Origin: Lama glama
Taxonomy: Eukaryota
Direction: 5' to 3'
Assembly: GCA_028534125.1 (NCBI GenBank)
Contig: CM052817.1
Location: 48,424,001 to 48,488,000 of the forward strand
Length of the DNA stretch: 64,000 nt
The notes under the pieces are model-generated. The model did not search any database. It was given only the letters and a program-made list of their open reading frames with translations, and was not told the DNA's origin. Positions within the stretch are counted from its first letter, which is position 1, and every line of letters starts with the position of its first letter. This document shows positions 40,432 to 51,555 of this stretch, piece after piece. The position numbers and the translations under genes are program-made.

Positions 40432-40814
40432 GTTATTAATTTCCTAGTGTTGCTATAACAAATTGCCACAAATTTAGTATATTAACACAACACAAATTTA
40501 TTACCCTATAGTTCTGAGGGTTAGAAGTCCAGATGGGTTTTACTGGGCTATGTTTCTTTTGAAGTCTGTAGGGGAAAAGAATTCATTCCTTGACCTTTTC
40601 CAGCTCCTGGAGGTTGCTCACAATCCTTGCTCTTGGCCTTGTATCACTCCAGGTTTTGCTTCTGTCATTACATCTCATTCTCTCACTCTTCTGCCTCTCT
40701 CTTCTATCTTTTAAGGACCCTGTGATTGCATTGGACCCACCCAGTTAACCCAAGATAATACCCCATCTCAAGATTCTTAATTTAATCCTTTTGCCACGTA
40801 GAGAAACAACACAG
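40432..40814. mobile_element. MaLR LTR (MLT1C/D-like)
   Basis: 'tgctataacaaattgccacaaattt...acaacacaaatttatt...aaggaccctgtgattgcattggacccacccag...atctcaagattcttaatttaatc'. Confidence 0.8.
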
Positions 40815-41195
40815 TGTCAAAGAAAAATCAGAGCTGTGTTAAATCAGTGAAAGCAGGTTTTATTCAGCTACTGCAATGGGGGAAAAGAGAACTCAGTATC
40901 GAAGTTTAACTCTGAATACAGCATGGACAGGTGGGGATTTATAGCCAAGGAACAAGGTGGAGATCAGTGGGTGAAAAGTTACTGGAAGGAAAATCAAGGG
41001 TAAAAGGGGATTTCTGCTAACGGCAGTCCAGGGTGATCAGATATCACCTGGGGGATGGTGGAGGATAAGGAATCAGATATAGAGGGTGATTAGTTATCAA
41101 GGGTGCGGGTTGTGTCTAAACTGACTTAAAAGAATTCTTGCTGAAACTGGGCAGTGCAGACAAACATGTCAGCCCACGTGAATCTGATCTTGTCA
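40815..41195 (-). mobile_element. ERV1-class LTR, antisense
   Basis: TG start, reverse poly(A) signal tttatt near 40859, 'ctcagtat...aactctgaatacagcatggacaggtggggatttatagccaagga'. Confidence 0.6.
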
Positions 41196-43723
41196 CTACC
41201 GACTTAAAATTCTGCACTGGTTTTTTGGTTGTTGTTGTTGCTTGCCAGAATTGTTTTTGTGGGGTTATTTTTGGTTTTGTTATTGCTGTTACCCAATTTC
41301 CTTTTCCTATTTTTGGAAAATCTGCTGTTGTGTATGGTTTCAGTAGGACTCCGTGCCCATCTTTTACTACGGACACTGAAGTGGGGAGGAATTGGATCTT
41401 CCCGCCCAGGGCATTGACCCTGCAGGTGGTTATACCAGAACCAAGGGACACTGAGATCTACTCACTGAACCTGCAGAAGCATCCCGCGTGGGTGGAGGTG
41501 GCCTCCTAGCCAGTCTATTTACAATTTAAAAGCAACTATTGTACTTTCTTTTTTTAACCTGAAGGAGCACCTTGTTTTTTTCTGTTTTTCAGATCTTTAT
41601 CTTCCACTTCTTGCTAATTTTGTGAATCCTGCAAACTGTGATATGTGTGTGTGCGTGTGTTTTCCTATTTTTTGCAACAAACCCCCCCTAATTCCAGATA
41701 TCAGTCAAACCCCTTAGTAAGTCATACAAGGCCCTGCCTTTATTTTCAGGCTTCTCTCTAGTCTGCCTTATCCCCAGGACACACCTGCATTTTCCATAAT
41801 TTCCCAAACACGCCATGCCTTTTTACCCCTCCATACCCAACTGGAATGTTTTCTTCTCCAAAGGTAAATGCCTTCTGAGCTTTTAATACCCACGTAATTC
41901 AACTATAATTTCCCTGCATCATCCCCTCATAGTACTTTCTCTTCTACTTCTGTGGTCTGTTACAGTATTTATCATATTATGTTTGAAGTATCTGAACTAT
42001 TCTGTATCAGACCGAGAAGTCCGAGGGTTGATCAGACTGTAGTCTGGTCCAGCACATGGTATGTTGAGGCATCTTAATAAATATTAGTTGACTACATGAA
42101 TGAAATTAATTAAATATATTTTTGATAATTCAAGATTATTATGACCACCATTAACCTTTTTTGGTCCATTTCACTATAGCTCTTTGGGGATACAAAAGGG
42201 TAAAGGATGATTTGTTCCTTTAGAAATTTATTTTTTAATTTAGCAGCTTAAAAATAGCTTCCATATATATTTTCTTAGTTGATTATTGTTAGAATCATAT
42301 GTAACAAAGTAGGATAATGAGTTTCAGAGAGATTGAGTAGCTTTCCTAAGGTTACATGACATATATAAGTGGTAATAATAAAATTAATAAAAGAAAAACA
42401 TGTAGCATTTACTTAACACTTACTGTGTCCAAATAGTTTTAAAAATTTTTTTACTTGCTGTATCTAATAAGATCCCTTCCAGCACATAGTAAGTACTATT
42501 ATTATCTTGGTTATTTGGATGGGGAAACTGAGATCACCAATTAGGAAATGGTAAAGCTGAACTTGAACTATTGATAAGGAATCACTGTCCCAAGTCATTT
42601 TACTGTAACCTCCTGCTGCTCTCAACAGCCATGCTTATGACTTCTTATCACTTCTTTTTGTGCTATTTTCTTGCAGTGCCATCTTGTTGCTGCTAATTTA
42701 CTATTTCTTATCTGTGCTGGAAACCAGGTAAGTAAACTTACTAATATTTATGTCTAAAATAGAAGGAGGAAATGAATGAATAGCTATGGTTTCTGTAATG
42801 TCTTTTATGGGAAAAATATTTTCTGTTATTGTTCACTTCTTGGTTCTCCATCATATTGTATTTAGTAAAATTGCCTCTTCTCAAACAGCTTTATTTGAGT
42901 TAACTCATGCAATTAACCTGAACACAAGTTTCTCTAAGTAGTCAATGAGGTGCTGGAGTGACAATAATCTGGAGGTCATAATCTGTTTTTCAGCACTTGA
43001 GCTCATCCATCTGAAGGAGAGAAACACTAACTGGCTCAGTGAACTTACCACAGTGTTTGTGCTACAAACTGCTTCATAGTGTTAAATGGCTGAAATGATA
43101 AATGTGTATACCTTGTCAAAGGAGCAGAGCTCACAGCTTCAGAAAAGCTACTGAGCTCTAGAACACCTGTTAGAAATTGCCCTTTTGTCAGTTTATACTT
43201 TCATTGATATATATTTCTCTTCTGTACTACAACTTCTTTTATTTTTATTGTTTGTTCTTGCATATGTGTGTATAGCAAAAAAAGGTCAGAGAGCTCAAAT
43301 TTGCCTCTAACACTGGTAGCAGAGAAAAGCCCACTTTTGTATGTGTACTAATTAAAATGGTGCAATAATGTATAATTACCCATGCATAGGTATTCATGTA
43401 ATGTTTCATTCATGCAAATGTTTAAGAATCTGATTTCATTCATTCACTTCATTTCATGCACATTTACCATGTGCCCAGCACTCTATATGTACAAGAAGTA
43501 TAGTAGGGAACAAAATCAGTATGGTTCCTACCCTCATTGAGATCACATCTCAGTGATGTGCAGCCGTATTATAAATCAACTTTTGTTTTTAATTTATAAC
43601 CCAATGTCATCATAAAATACTACCTATAAAATTTTTATAGCAATGTGAAACTTCCAAAATACACTCCCTTGAAAAATATGGGTCTAAATATAATCATTGG
43701 ATTTTAATGCTGAAATAATTTTT

Positions 43724-44851
43724 GCTTTTTATTATTTTTTATTTTATTTTATTTTTAATTTAAGTGAAGTTAGTTACAATGTGTCAATTTCTGGTGTACA
43801 GCATGATGTCCCAGTCATGCATATACATACATATAATCTGTTTCATATTCTTTTTCGTTAAGTGTTATTATAAGATATTGACTATAGTTCCCTGTGCTAT
43901 TTTTTAAAATTTGTTTTTATATATAGTGGCTAACATTTACAAATCTCAAACTTCCCACCCTGCTTTTCCCTGGTAACCATTGTTAACTATGTCTGTGAAT
44001 CTGTTTCTGTTTTGTAGATGAGTTCATTAGTGTCCTCTTTTTTTCTTTTTTTTAGATTCCACATATGAGTGATACCATATGGTATTTTTCTTTCTCTTTC
44101 TGGCTTACTTCACTTAAAATGATGATCTCTAGATCCATCCATGTTGCTGCAAATGGCATTATTTGATTTTTTATGGCCGAGTAGTATTCCATTGTATAAA
44201 TATATCACATCTTCTTAATCGAATCATCTGTCGATAGACATTTAGTTTGTTTCCATGTCTTGGCTATTGTATATTGTGCTGCTATGAACATTGGGGTGCA
44301 TGTGTCTTTTCAAATTAGAATTCCCTCCAGATATATGCCCAGGAGTGGGATTGCTGAATCATATGGTAAATCTATCTTTAGCTTTTTGAGGAATCTCCAT
44401 ACTGTTTTCCATAATGGCTGCAGCAAACTACATTCCCACCAACAGTGTAGGAGGGTTCCCTTTTCTCCACACCCTCTCCAGCATTTATCGTGTGTGGATT
44501 TTTTAATGATGGCCATTCTGACTGGTGTGAGGTGATACCTCATTGTAGTTTTGATTTGCATTTCTCTGCTAATTAACAATATTGAGCATTTTTCATGTGC
44601 CTATTGGCCATTTGTATGTTGTCACTGGAGAATTGCTTGTTTAGGTCTTCTGCCTATTTTTGGATTGGGTTGTTTTTTTTTTGTTGTTATTAAGTTACAT
44701 GAGCTGTTTATATATTCTGGAAATTAAACCTTTGTCAGTCATATCATTTGTGAATATTTTCCATTCTGTAGGTTGTTGTTTTGTTTTGCTTGTGGTTTCC
44801 TTTGCTGTGCAAAAGTTTTTAAGTTTAATTAGGTCCCATTTGTTAATTTTT
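43724..44851 (-). mobile_element. 5'-truncated L1 (ORF2 C-terminus + 3'UTR) with TSD
   Basis: Peptides [16 protein letters not shown] and [45 protein letters not shown]-rich tail at 43724-43760; TSD tgctgaaata(c)attttt at 43708-43723 and 44852-44868. Confidence 0.92.
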
Positions 44852-44917
44852 TGCTGAAATACATTTTTAAATGGGCATGTATTATGCTCTTCTGCTGAGC
44901 TGTACATTTCATTAGGT

Positions 44918-45165
44918 ATTATATCAATTTCCTATTGCTATCGTAACAAATTGCCTCAAGCCTGGCAGCTTGAAAGAACACAAATTTATTATTTTACAAT
45001 CTGGAGGGCAGAAATCCAAAGTGGATCTCACTGAGCTAAAATAAGGTTGTCATCAGGGCTATGTCCCTTCTGGAGCCTGTAGGGGAGAACCCATTTCCTT
45101 TGCTTTCTAGCTTCTCGAGGTGGCCTCCATTCCTCGACTTGTGACCTTATTCCTGCATTTTCAAA
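44918..45165. mobile_element. Partial MaLR LTR (MLT1-like)
   Basis: 'ttcctattgctatcgtaacaaattgcc...aacacaaatttatt...ctcactgagctaaaataagg'. Confidence 0.75.
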
Positions 45166-47014
45166 GTAAAACACTACTTTGTTAACTGTGGTGAGATTAT
45201 GGGAATTATCTTAATTTTTTTTCTATTCAGCTTTGTTCTGATGGATCATGTTTTCTTTTTATAATATGAGAAAAAGAAAATTTTAACAAGAAGATTCTGT
45301 TCAGAAAAGACTTTCAAGTTCTGTACAGCTGGAGCGTAAGTACATAGCACAGATCAGTAGGAATTGAGGCTGTTCAGATCTGGTTGGAACCAGACCAGTT
45401 TTGTAGCCTTGGTAATGGTCTGAGCTGGACCTGATGAGCAGTGGGGACCCATGGGGGATTTTTAAGCAGATAAGTACTAATCAGATTTGTAACTTAAAAA
45501 TAAGTGTAATTATAGATTTTATTAAACTAAGATAAACTTTACTACTCCTTTGTAACCCCACCTATTTCACTCATTCCCCCCAGCCTCCAATATGCTTTTT
45601 TGAATATAAATAACAAGCTACAAGCAAAACAAAACTGGTTTATTTCTTAATTCTGATGAATCTAGCCATCGTCTTATCAAATGTTACACTGAAAGGATAA
45701 AATCAGATAAATTACTTTTCTTTTTTTTTCTTTTTAATTCATTGGTATTTGTTACAACTTTTTACTTTTCAATATATTAATATAATTCTATTCACTTGCT
45801 GAAGAGTGTATTTTGTAATAAAATCTATTTAGTGTATGAGTTTTACTTTCTAAAAAATTGACCAGTGACCATGAAGCAATAATTAAGTGAGTTCCATGTA
45901 CTTAGGATTAATACTCCATAAAACTGCCCTCAGTTTTACTTTCCTAAAACACCTTGGTAAGTCAATGAAAAACCAGGCCCACAACTAGCTAAATATGAAA
46001 CTGTCTCTACATTCCTATAAAGAAATAGCACTTTAATTTTTTAACAAAATGCCATTGTTATTAGTTCATAGCAGATTACTTTCACAAAATCACATACTGA
46101 TGGATTATATCAACGTTACTACAAATCAGACTCTACCTTATATTCAGATCTGGGCAAATAAAACCAACTTTCAGACAGAAAATTTCTTATTTCTAAAAAT
46201 ATTGACTCATAGCAGTCAGATGACAGAGAAGGATTGGGCAAGTCAATAAATAATAATTACTAACATCCAAATAAGGAACTGCAGATTTTCAAACCTTTTT
46301 CATAGATATTGTGCTCAGAAGAATTGATTAGGTTTTGCAACAATTATTATCATTTTCCTCCTTAATTACCTTAAAGAAGAGAAAATATGGAAGAGGTAAA
46401 CACTATAAAAGTATTTATGAAATTCAAAATGCATGTTAAGAAAGAAAGTTTAAAAGTGCTTGAAGACATATTTTAACTATTCTCATTATCCTCTTACTTA
46501 ATAACCCTTTTAAGAATAAAATTATGTCAGGTAATTCTAGAGCAATTTGTATTCTGGAAAGAGAATAAAGAACATAATCTCATTTGTTGGAATATGGTAT
46601 AGTGTAAAGAGAAGTAGTTTGGGGTGAGATATCTGGCTTAAGACCTTGCTCTGTGCTGCTAGCTGTGGAGACTGGGCCATGTCACTTAATTTCACTGCAT
46701 CTCAGTTTTCTAGTGTAACAAATGGAATTAGTATTTAGCTTGTAGGTTGTTATGAGGATAAGTGCACAGCAACAATGGTAACTATCATTATACATGTATA
46801 GATAGAAGTACTTGCTTTTTCCTTTATGACTGAGGTTCCTAAAGTAATGCTTTAAAGAAAAATGCTCTCCAATTTTCCTATTTTCTTTCTAGTTTTGATA
46901 ATATTCTGAAGGTGTTCACATCTAAGAAGATGCCTGTACCAACATTAAGAAGAAAAAAAATCCACCTGTAAAGCATCATATACTGGGTAGTAAGATAAGG
47001 GTTAGGGAGAGTCT

Positions 47015-48225
47015 ATAGAAGACAGATGAATTTTGGAGAATGAGTGGATTGTTATAAACTCAGATAGTGATTCCTATTGTAGCTGCTGTTGAGATGTGGT
47101 TTCGCTGCTAGAGCAAAAAAAAAAAAAAAAAAAAACCAAAACTGAATTCTTTATACAGAACCACTCTCTGAGGGGGATCTGTCAGCTATATGGGGGCAGA
47201 TTTATTTTGTTGGACCATTTCCATCATGGGAGGGGCAGTACTTTGTTCTCAAAGGAATAGATACTTACTTTATCTATAGATTTTCCTTCTCTGCACGTAA
47301 AGTTTGTACCAAAACCACCATCCATGGATTTATGGAGTGCCTTATTAATTGTCATGGTATTCTGTATACTATCACTTCTGACAAAGGAAGTCTTTACATA
47401 GAAATGAGGGGACTATGCTCATCGAATTCACTTACCCTGCCCCCCTTCATAACACCACTGGCTTGACAGAATAGTGGGATGGCTTTTTGAAGAATCATAG
47501 ATGGCACTGGCTAAGTGATGTAGGCACAGCTTGTGCAGCTGCAGCCCTGTCCTCCAGGAGACAGTCCATGCTCTAAATCAGATAATGGTATAGGTGGTGT
47601 TCTTTCTCCTGTAGTGGGATTCATAGGTCTGGGAATTAAGGGGGTGAGAATAGGAGTGGCTTTTTTCATCATGATCCCTAGTGATCCACTAGCAAACTTT
47701 TTGCTTCCTATCCCTGAGACTTTAGGTTCTGTTAGTATAGTTGTCTTACTTCTAAAGGGAGGAATGCTTTCACTAGAGGACCAAATATTGGTTCCATTAA
47801 GCTGGAAGCTGAGACTGCCTCCCAGCCACTTTGAGCTCCTCACACTGATGAATCAACAGGCAAAGCAGGTGCAGTGTACTTACTGTGGTGATTGATTCTG
47901 ACTATCAAGGGGAAATTGGGTTACTATTGCACAGTGGGGTAAGGAAGAGTATGTTTGGATTGTGGGAAATCTCCCAAAGTGCTCTTGCTACTCCCATGTC
48001 CTATGATTTAACTCAAGAAAGAAGCTACAACAACCCAGTTCAGGTAGAACTGCTAATGACCCAGACTCTTCAGAAATGAAGGGTTGGGTCATCTACCAGG
48101 CGAGGACGATGGCTATGTGAGACGCTTGCTGAGGGCAAAGGGACTATGGAATTAACAGTAGTTATATCAACTACAACCATGTGACCAGGAGTAAAAGTGA
48201 GATCTGCAGTAGTTACAAGTATTAA
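47015..48225 (+). mobile_element. ERVL internal remnant: RT fragment, integrase and dUTPase pseudo-coding sequence
   Basis: Degenerate RT (..FWRM.VD..KL..IVIPIVAAV), integrase (WGQI..VGPFPSWEGQYFVLKGIDTY) and dUTPase (VPLSWKLRLPPSHFELL...VIDSDYQGEIGLLLHSG) motifs with frameshifts. Confidence 0.85.
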
Positions 48226-48515
48226 GCTGAGAAAATTGCTCTAGCCACATCAGTGTTTATACAAACCTCTGTTTGCTTCGGAGTGTTTACCTACTATTTG
48301 AGTCTATTCTGAAATTTCCACTTCAGAAGGAAAATAATTTTTTTAAGTCTACTTTTTAAAATTATCTTTAAGTACATTACACAATATTAAATAAGCCAAC
48401 TAAATATTTTCCACTAAAGGTTTGATTTAATAGTTTAAATATTAAAATTAGCACAGCTAAGGCAGTGACGGCTTCCTATTAGTTGATAAGTTGCTTTGTA
48501 GACATTCCCAAGCAG

Positions 48516-48599
48516 TATTCACATTTCATATTCTAGTTATTTATTCACTGATACAGTTATTCACATTTCATATTCTAGTTATTTATTCACTGATACAGT
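48516..48599. repeat. Perfect 42-bp tandem duplication
   Basis: tattcacatttcatattctagttatttattcactgatacagt x2. Confidence 0.95.
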
Positions 48600-49415
48600 T
48601 CCTAGGCTGGCCTACAAATTCTGTATAGACATATTCTTTCTCCTTTTTATATCTAGTACCAAGCTAATGTCCAGGTTCTAGAAATACTCTGGGGAAAAAA
48701 AATTGTCTACAGTATGTATGGTTGTACAAATGAATGAGTTAACACTGCATGTGTATAAATGAGTAATTCTAAAGGGGCTAAAAATTGATGACTGTAAGTA
48801 AACATCTTTATAATCATTTAAGAAAGGTGTAACGAAAAGAAGTTTGCAATCAGAAGGATGGGAGTTTGCTGACTTTGCAACTCATTAGTTGTTAATCATT
48901 GGGCACCTCACATAACCTTTTTAAGTCTCAATTTCTTCTTTTGCAAAATGAGATAACATCTTAACATCTTATAGCACTGTTATGAGAATTAGAGGTAATT
49001 TACACACCTGACACAATGCTTAGCTCAGAGTAGGTACTCAATAAAAGTAGTTATTTTGTTTACTACATGTCCAGAAGTAATTAAATAAGTCTTTGTATAA
49101 ATTATAAATTATTATAAGATATTTTTACTAGAATTTTTTAGAAAACAGGAAACAATCTATTACATTCTGCCTCATAACAGGATTAAAAAAAAAAAACTTA
49201 CAATACTTGTCTAAACCTTGGGAAGATCCCTCACACTTTGAGTCTTGAGAAATCTTCATCTATAAAATTGATATCCCAATGCCTATCCTCCTTGTGTTAT
49301 AGAATTCTTAGAAGAATCAAATATGCAAATGAATTTTATAAACCATAAAGTGATGAACAAATGCTAATTATTGTTTTTATATCTTAGATCTGAATGCTTC
49401 AGCTATAATTGTGAC

Positions 49416-49479
49416 TTTTTCAATCACTGCGCTATCATAACAATGCATTTTTTAATCACTGTGCTATCATAACAATGCA
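49416..49479. repeat. 32-bp tandem duplication, 2 mismatches
   Basis: ttttt(c/t)aatcactg(c/t)gctatcataacaatgca x2. Confidence 0.9.
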
Positions 49480-50949
49480 TCTTGACCTCCTTTGTCCATT
49501 TTCATAAGAAACATCAGCACTAAAACTTGCCACATACTTCAAAAGGTATCGTGAGCCCAGTGACTTAATGTCTGCTACAAATTCATAAAATTCTCATCCA
49601 AAGAGACAAATGTTGCAATAGCTAGAAGAAGTTTTAAAGGCTGTTTTGTATCATTCTGTATTCACCACCATGGTTCTGCTCATTGAAAGCCTACTGTTGT
49701 TGAAGTAGACTTTAGAAACTTTTTTTAAAAAGTCGGTGGCACATTTCATCAGGCACCAAATGTACCAATGACTCTCCTCATAACCTTTATCTTATAAACT
49801 TTAGAACAAGAGCTTTGTATGAACAAACCAAGATGGCCCTCAGCAGAATAGGAACATTGATTTTGTGTGTTTATGAGGTGAGGTTCATGTTGTTTGGGTA
49901 TTTTTATATGGCTTCACAGCTAATAGTTCCTAAATTAAGTTGCATATCAGAAATGCCCAGAAACCCACCCCAGATCTATGGTGACAAGAAAATATGAGGA
50001 GTCCTAAAAACAGTATTTTGAACATATTCCATGTCTTTCTTATACATCAACCAAGCACCTCTATCTGTGGACCACTGGGAACCTCTGGCTCATCTTACCC
50101 TAGTATTTTTTTTCTCTTCTCCACTTTCAGTGCTCTTTCCTTTGCTACTGGTTCTATACTTCTCAGGGTTCCCAATGTCAGGATGAAATCTATCTGATAT
50201 GTCATTAACATCCTAGTGTGACTTAGTTTAACATGCCATTTCTTCAGAAATGCTAATGGTGGGATTGGGACTCTATGATAGCCTGGGTTGGAGGTGATGG
50301 AGGGAGAAGCAGCTTTGCTTCCTGACCCCCAGAATGACATTACTTAGGGAATAGCTTCCTTTTATTACCTTCCGATAAAATCAGCCCTGCATATAAATTA
50401 TGCATCACTATACAGACATGAAATTCAGGAACAGAGAATGCAAGTGAAGTCAGTGGAAAATCTGGATATCACCTGGAATCTTGGCTAACAAGTCCCTAAG
50501 AAGTTTCCTGTTTTTTCTTTCTAAAATGAGAGAAAATGTCTGCGACCTTTCTTAGGGAATAGTGAACTGTTCTCACTGGAGTTACTTGACATGGGCTGAT
50601 TCCCACTTGGCAGGGATGTTGTAAAGGGGTTCAAACATTGGCTTAGAATCTCTCAATAACTTTAACATTTTTTTCTATCCAAAGACTTTACGACCCTCTG
50701 ACATAGTAAAAGCTACTCTTTTGGTTTGATATTTCCCCAGTTTGTGACAACTAGGATTAAAGCTTTTACTTATGACATATGTCTGTTAGCTCCTTCAGTT
50801 TGACCTTTTCCTGGCAACTTCTGCCCAGGGCTGCCATAAGGCTTACAGAGGATGCTTTCAGGATAGTAAGATTGCCATAGACACTCTAAATGGCTCTTGG
50901 GGTGGCTCTCATGGCCTTGGCACTCCTTATTTCTCCTGTGAATTACTGC

Positions 50950-51555
50950 GTTTGCCCCCAAGTTACTTCTGATCTCTTGTCCTCCTGCAATTTGTTTTCC
51001 AGACTATTGCCAGAGCCACATCTCTAAATGCAAATCTGCTTATGTCACTTTCCTGCTTCAGTGGGCACCCCATTATCTTCCAGAGAAAGTTCAAGTTCCT
51101 TATGGTGCATGTATAAGGCTTCTTAATGATCTGACTTCTATTCATCTTTTCAGCATTCCCACTATGTTGGCATTCGTGCCACAAACCATTTGCAATTCCT
51201 TCAGTTCTCTAAATCTTATGCTTCGGAGGCTGTGTAAAAACTGCTCTCTCTGACTAGGACAGCATTCCCTACATTTTGCTAATCTTTATTGGTTCCTTCA
51301 AGTTCCAACTTTGGTGTCAACTCTCTTGAAATGGTTTTTGATCTATAAGAGTGTGAAAATGTCCTTTTGAAGTCCAGTGGTATCCTAATATATCTCATTA
51401 TCGCAGCAAATGCAATGTGTTGCAATTGATAATTTTCTTATCCATCTTCCTTACTAGACTGTGAGAGACTTGAAAGTAGGGGCTACTTTCATTATATATT
51501 TCTCAGTGTCTAGTACCAAAAAGTGAATTAGTAAATATTTCTGAAATTAATGACC
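50950..51555 (+). mobile_element. L2 3' remnant
   Basis: 'aaatgcaaatctgcttatgtcact', 'aagttcaagttcctta', 'tactagactgtgag', ending 'agtaaatatttctgaaattaatga'. Confidence 0.7.

Noticed and set aside
41116..41509. 111-123 aa ORFs
   Set aside because: Span an LTR edge and low-complexity TTG-rich sequence; no recognisable product.
47511..48079. dUTPase-like ORFs
   Set aside because: Frameshifted ERVL remnant, not an intact gene.
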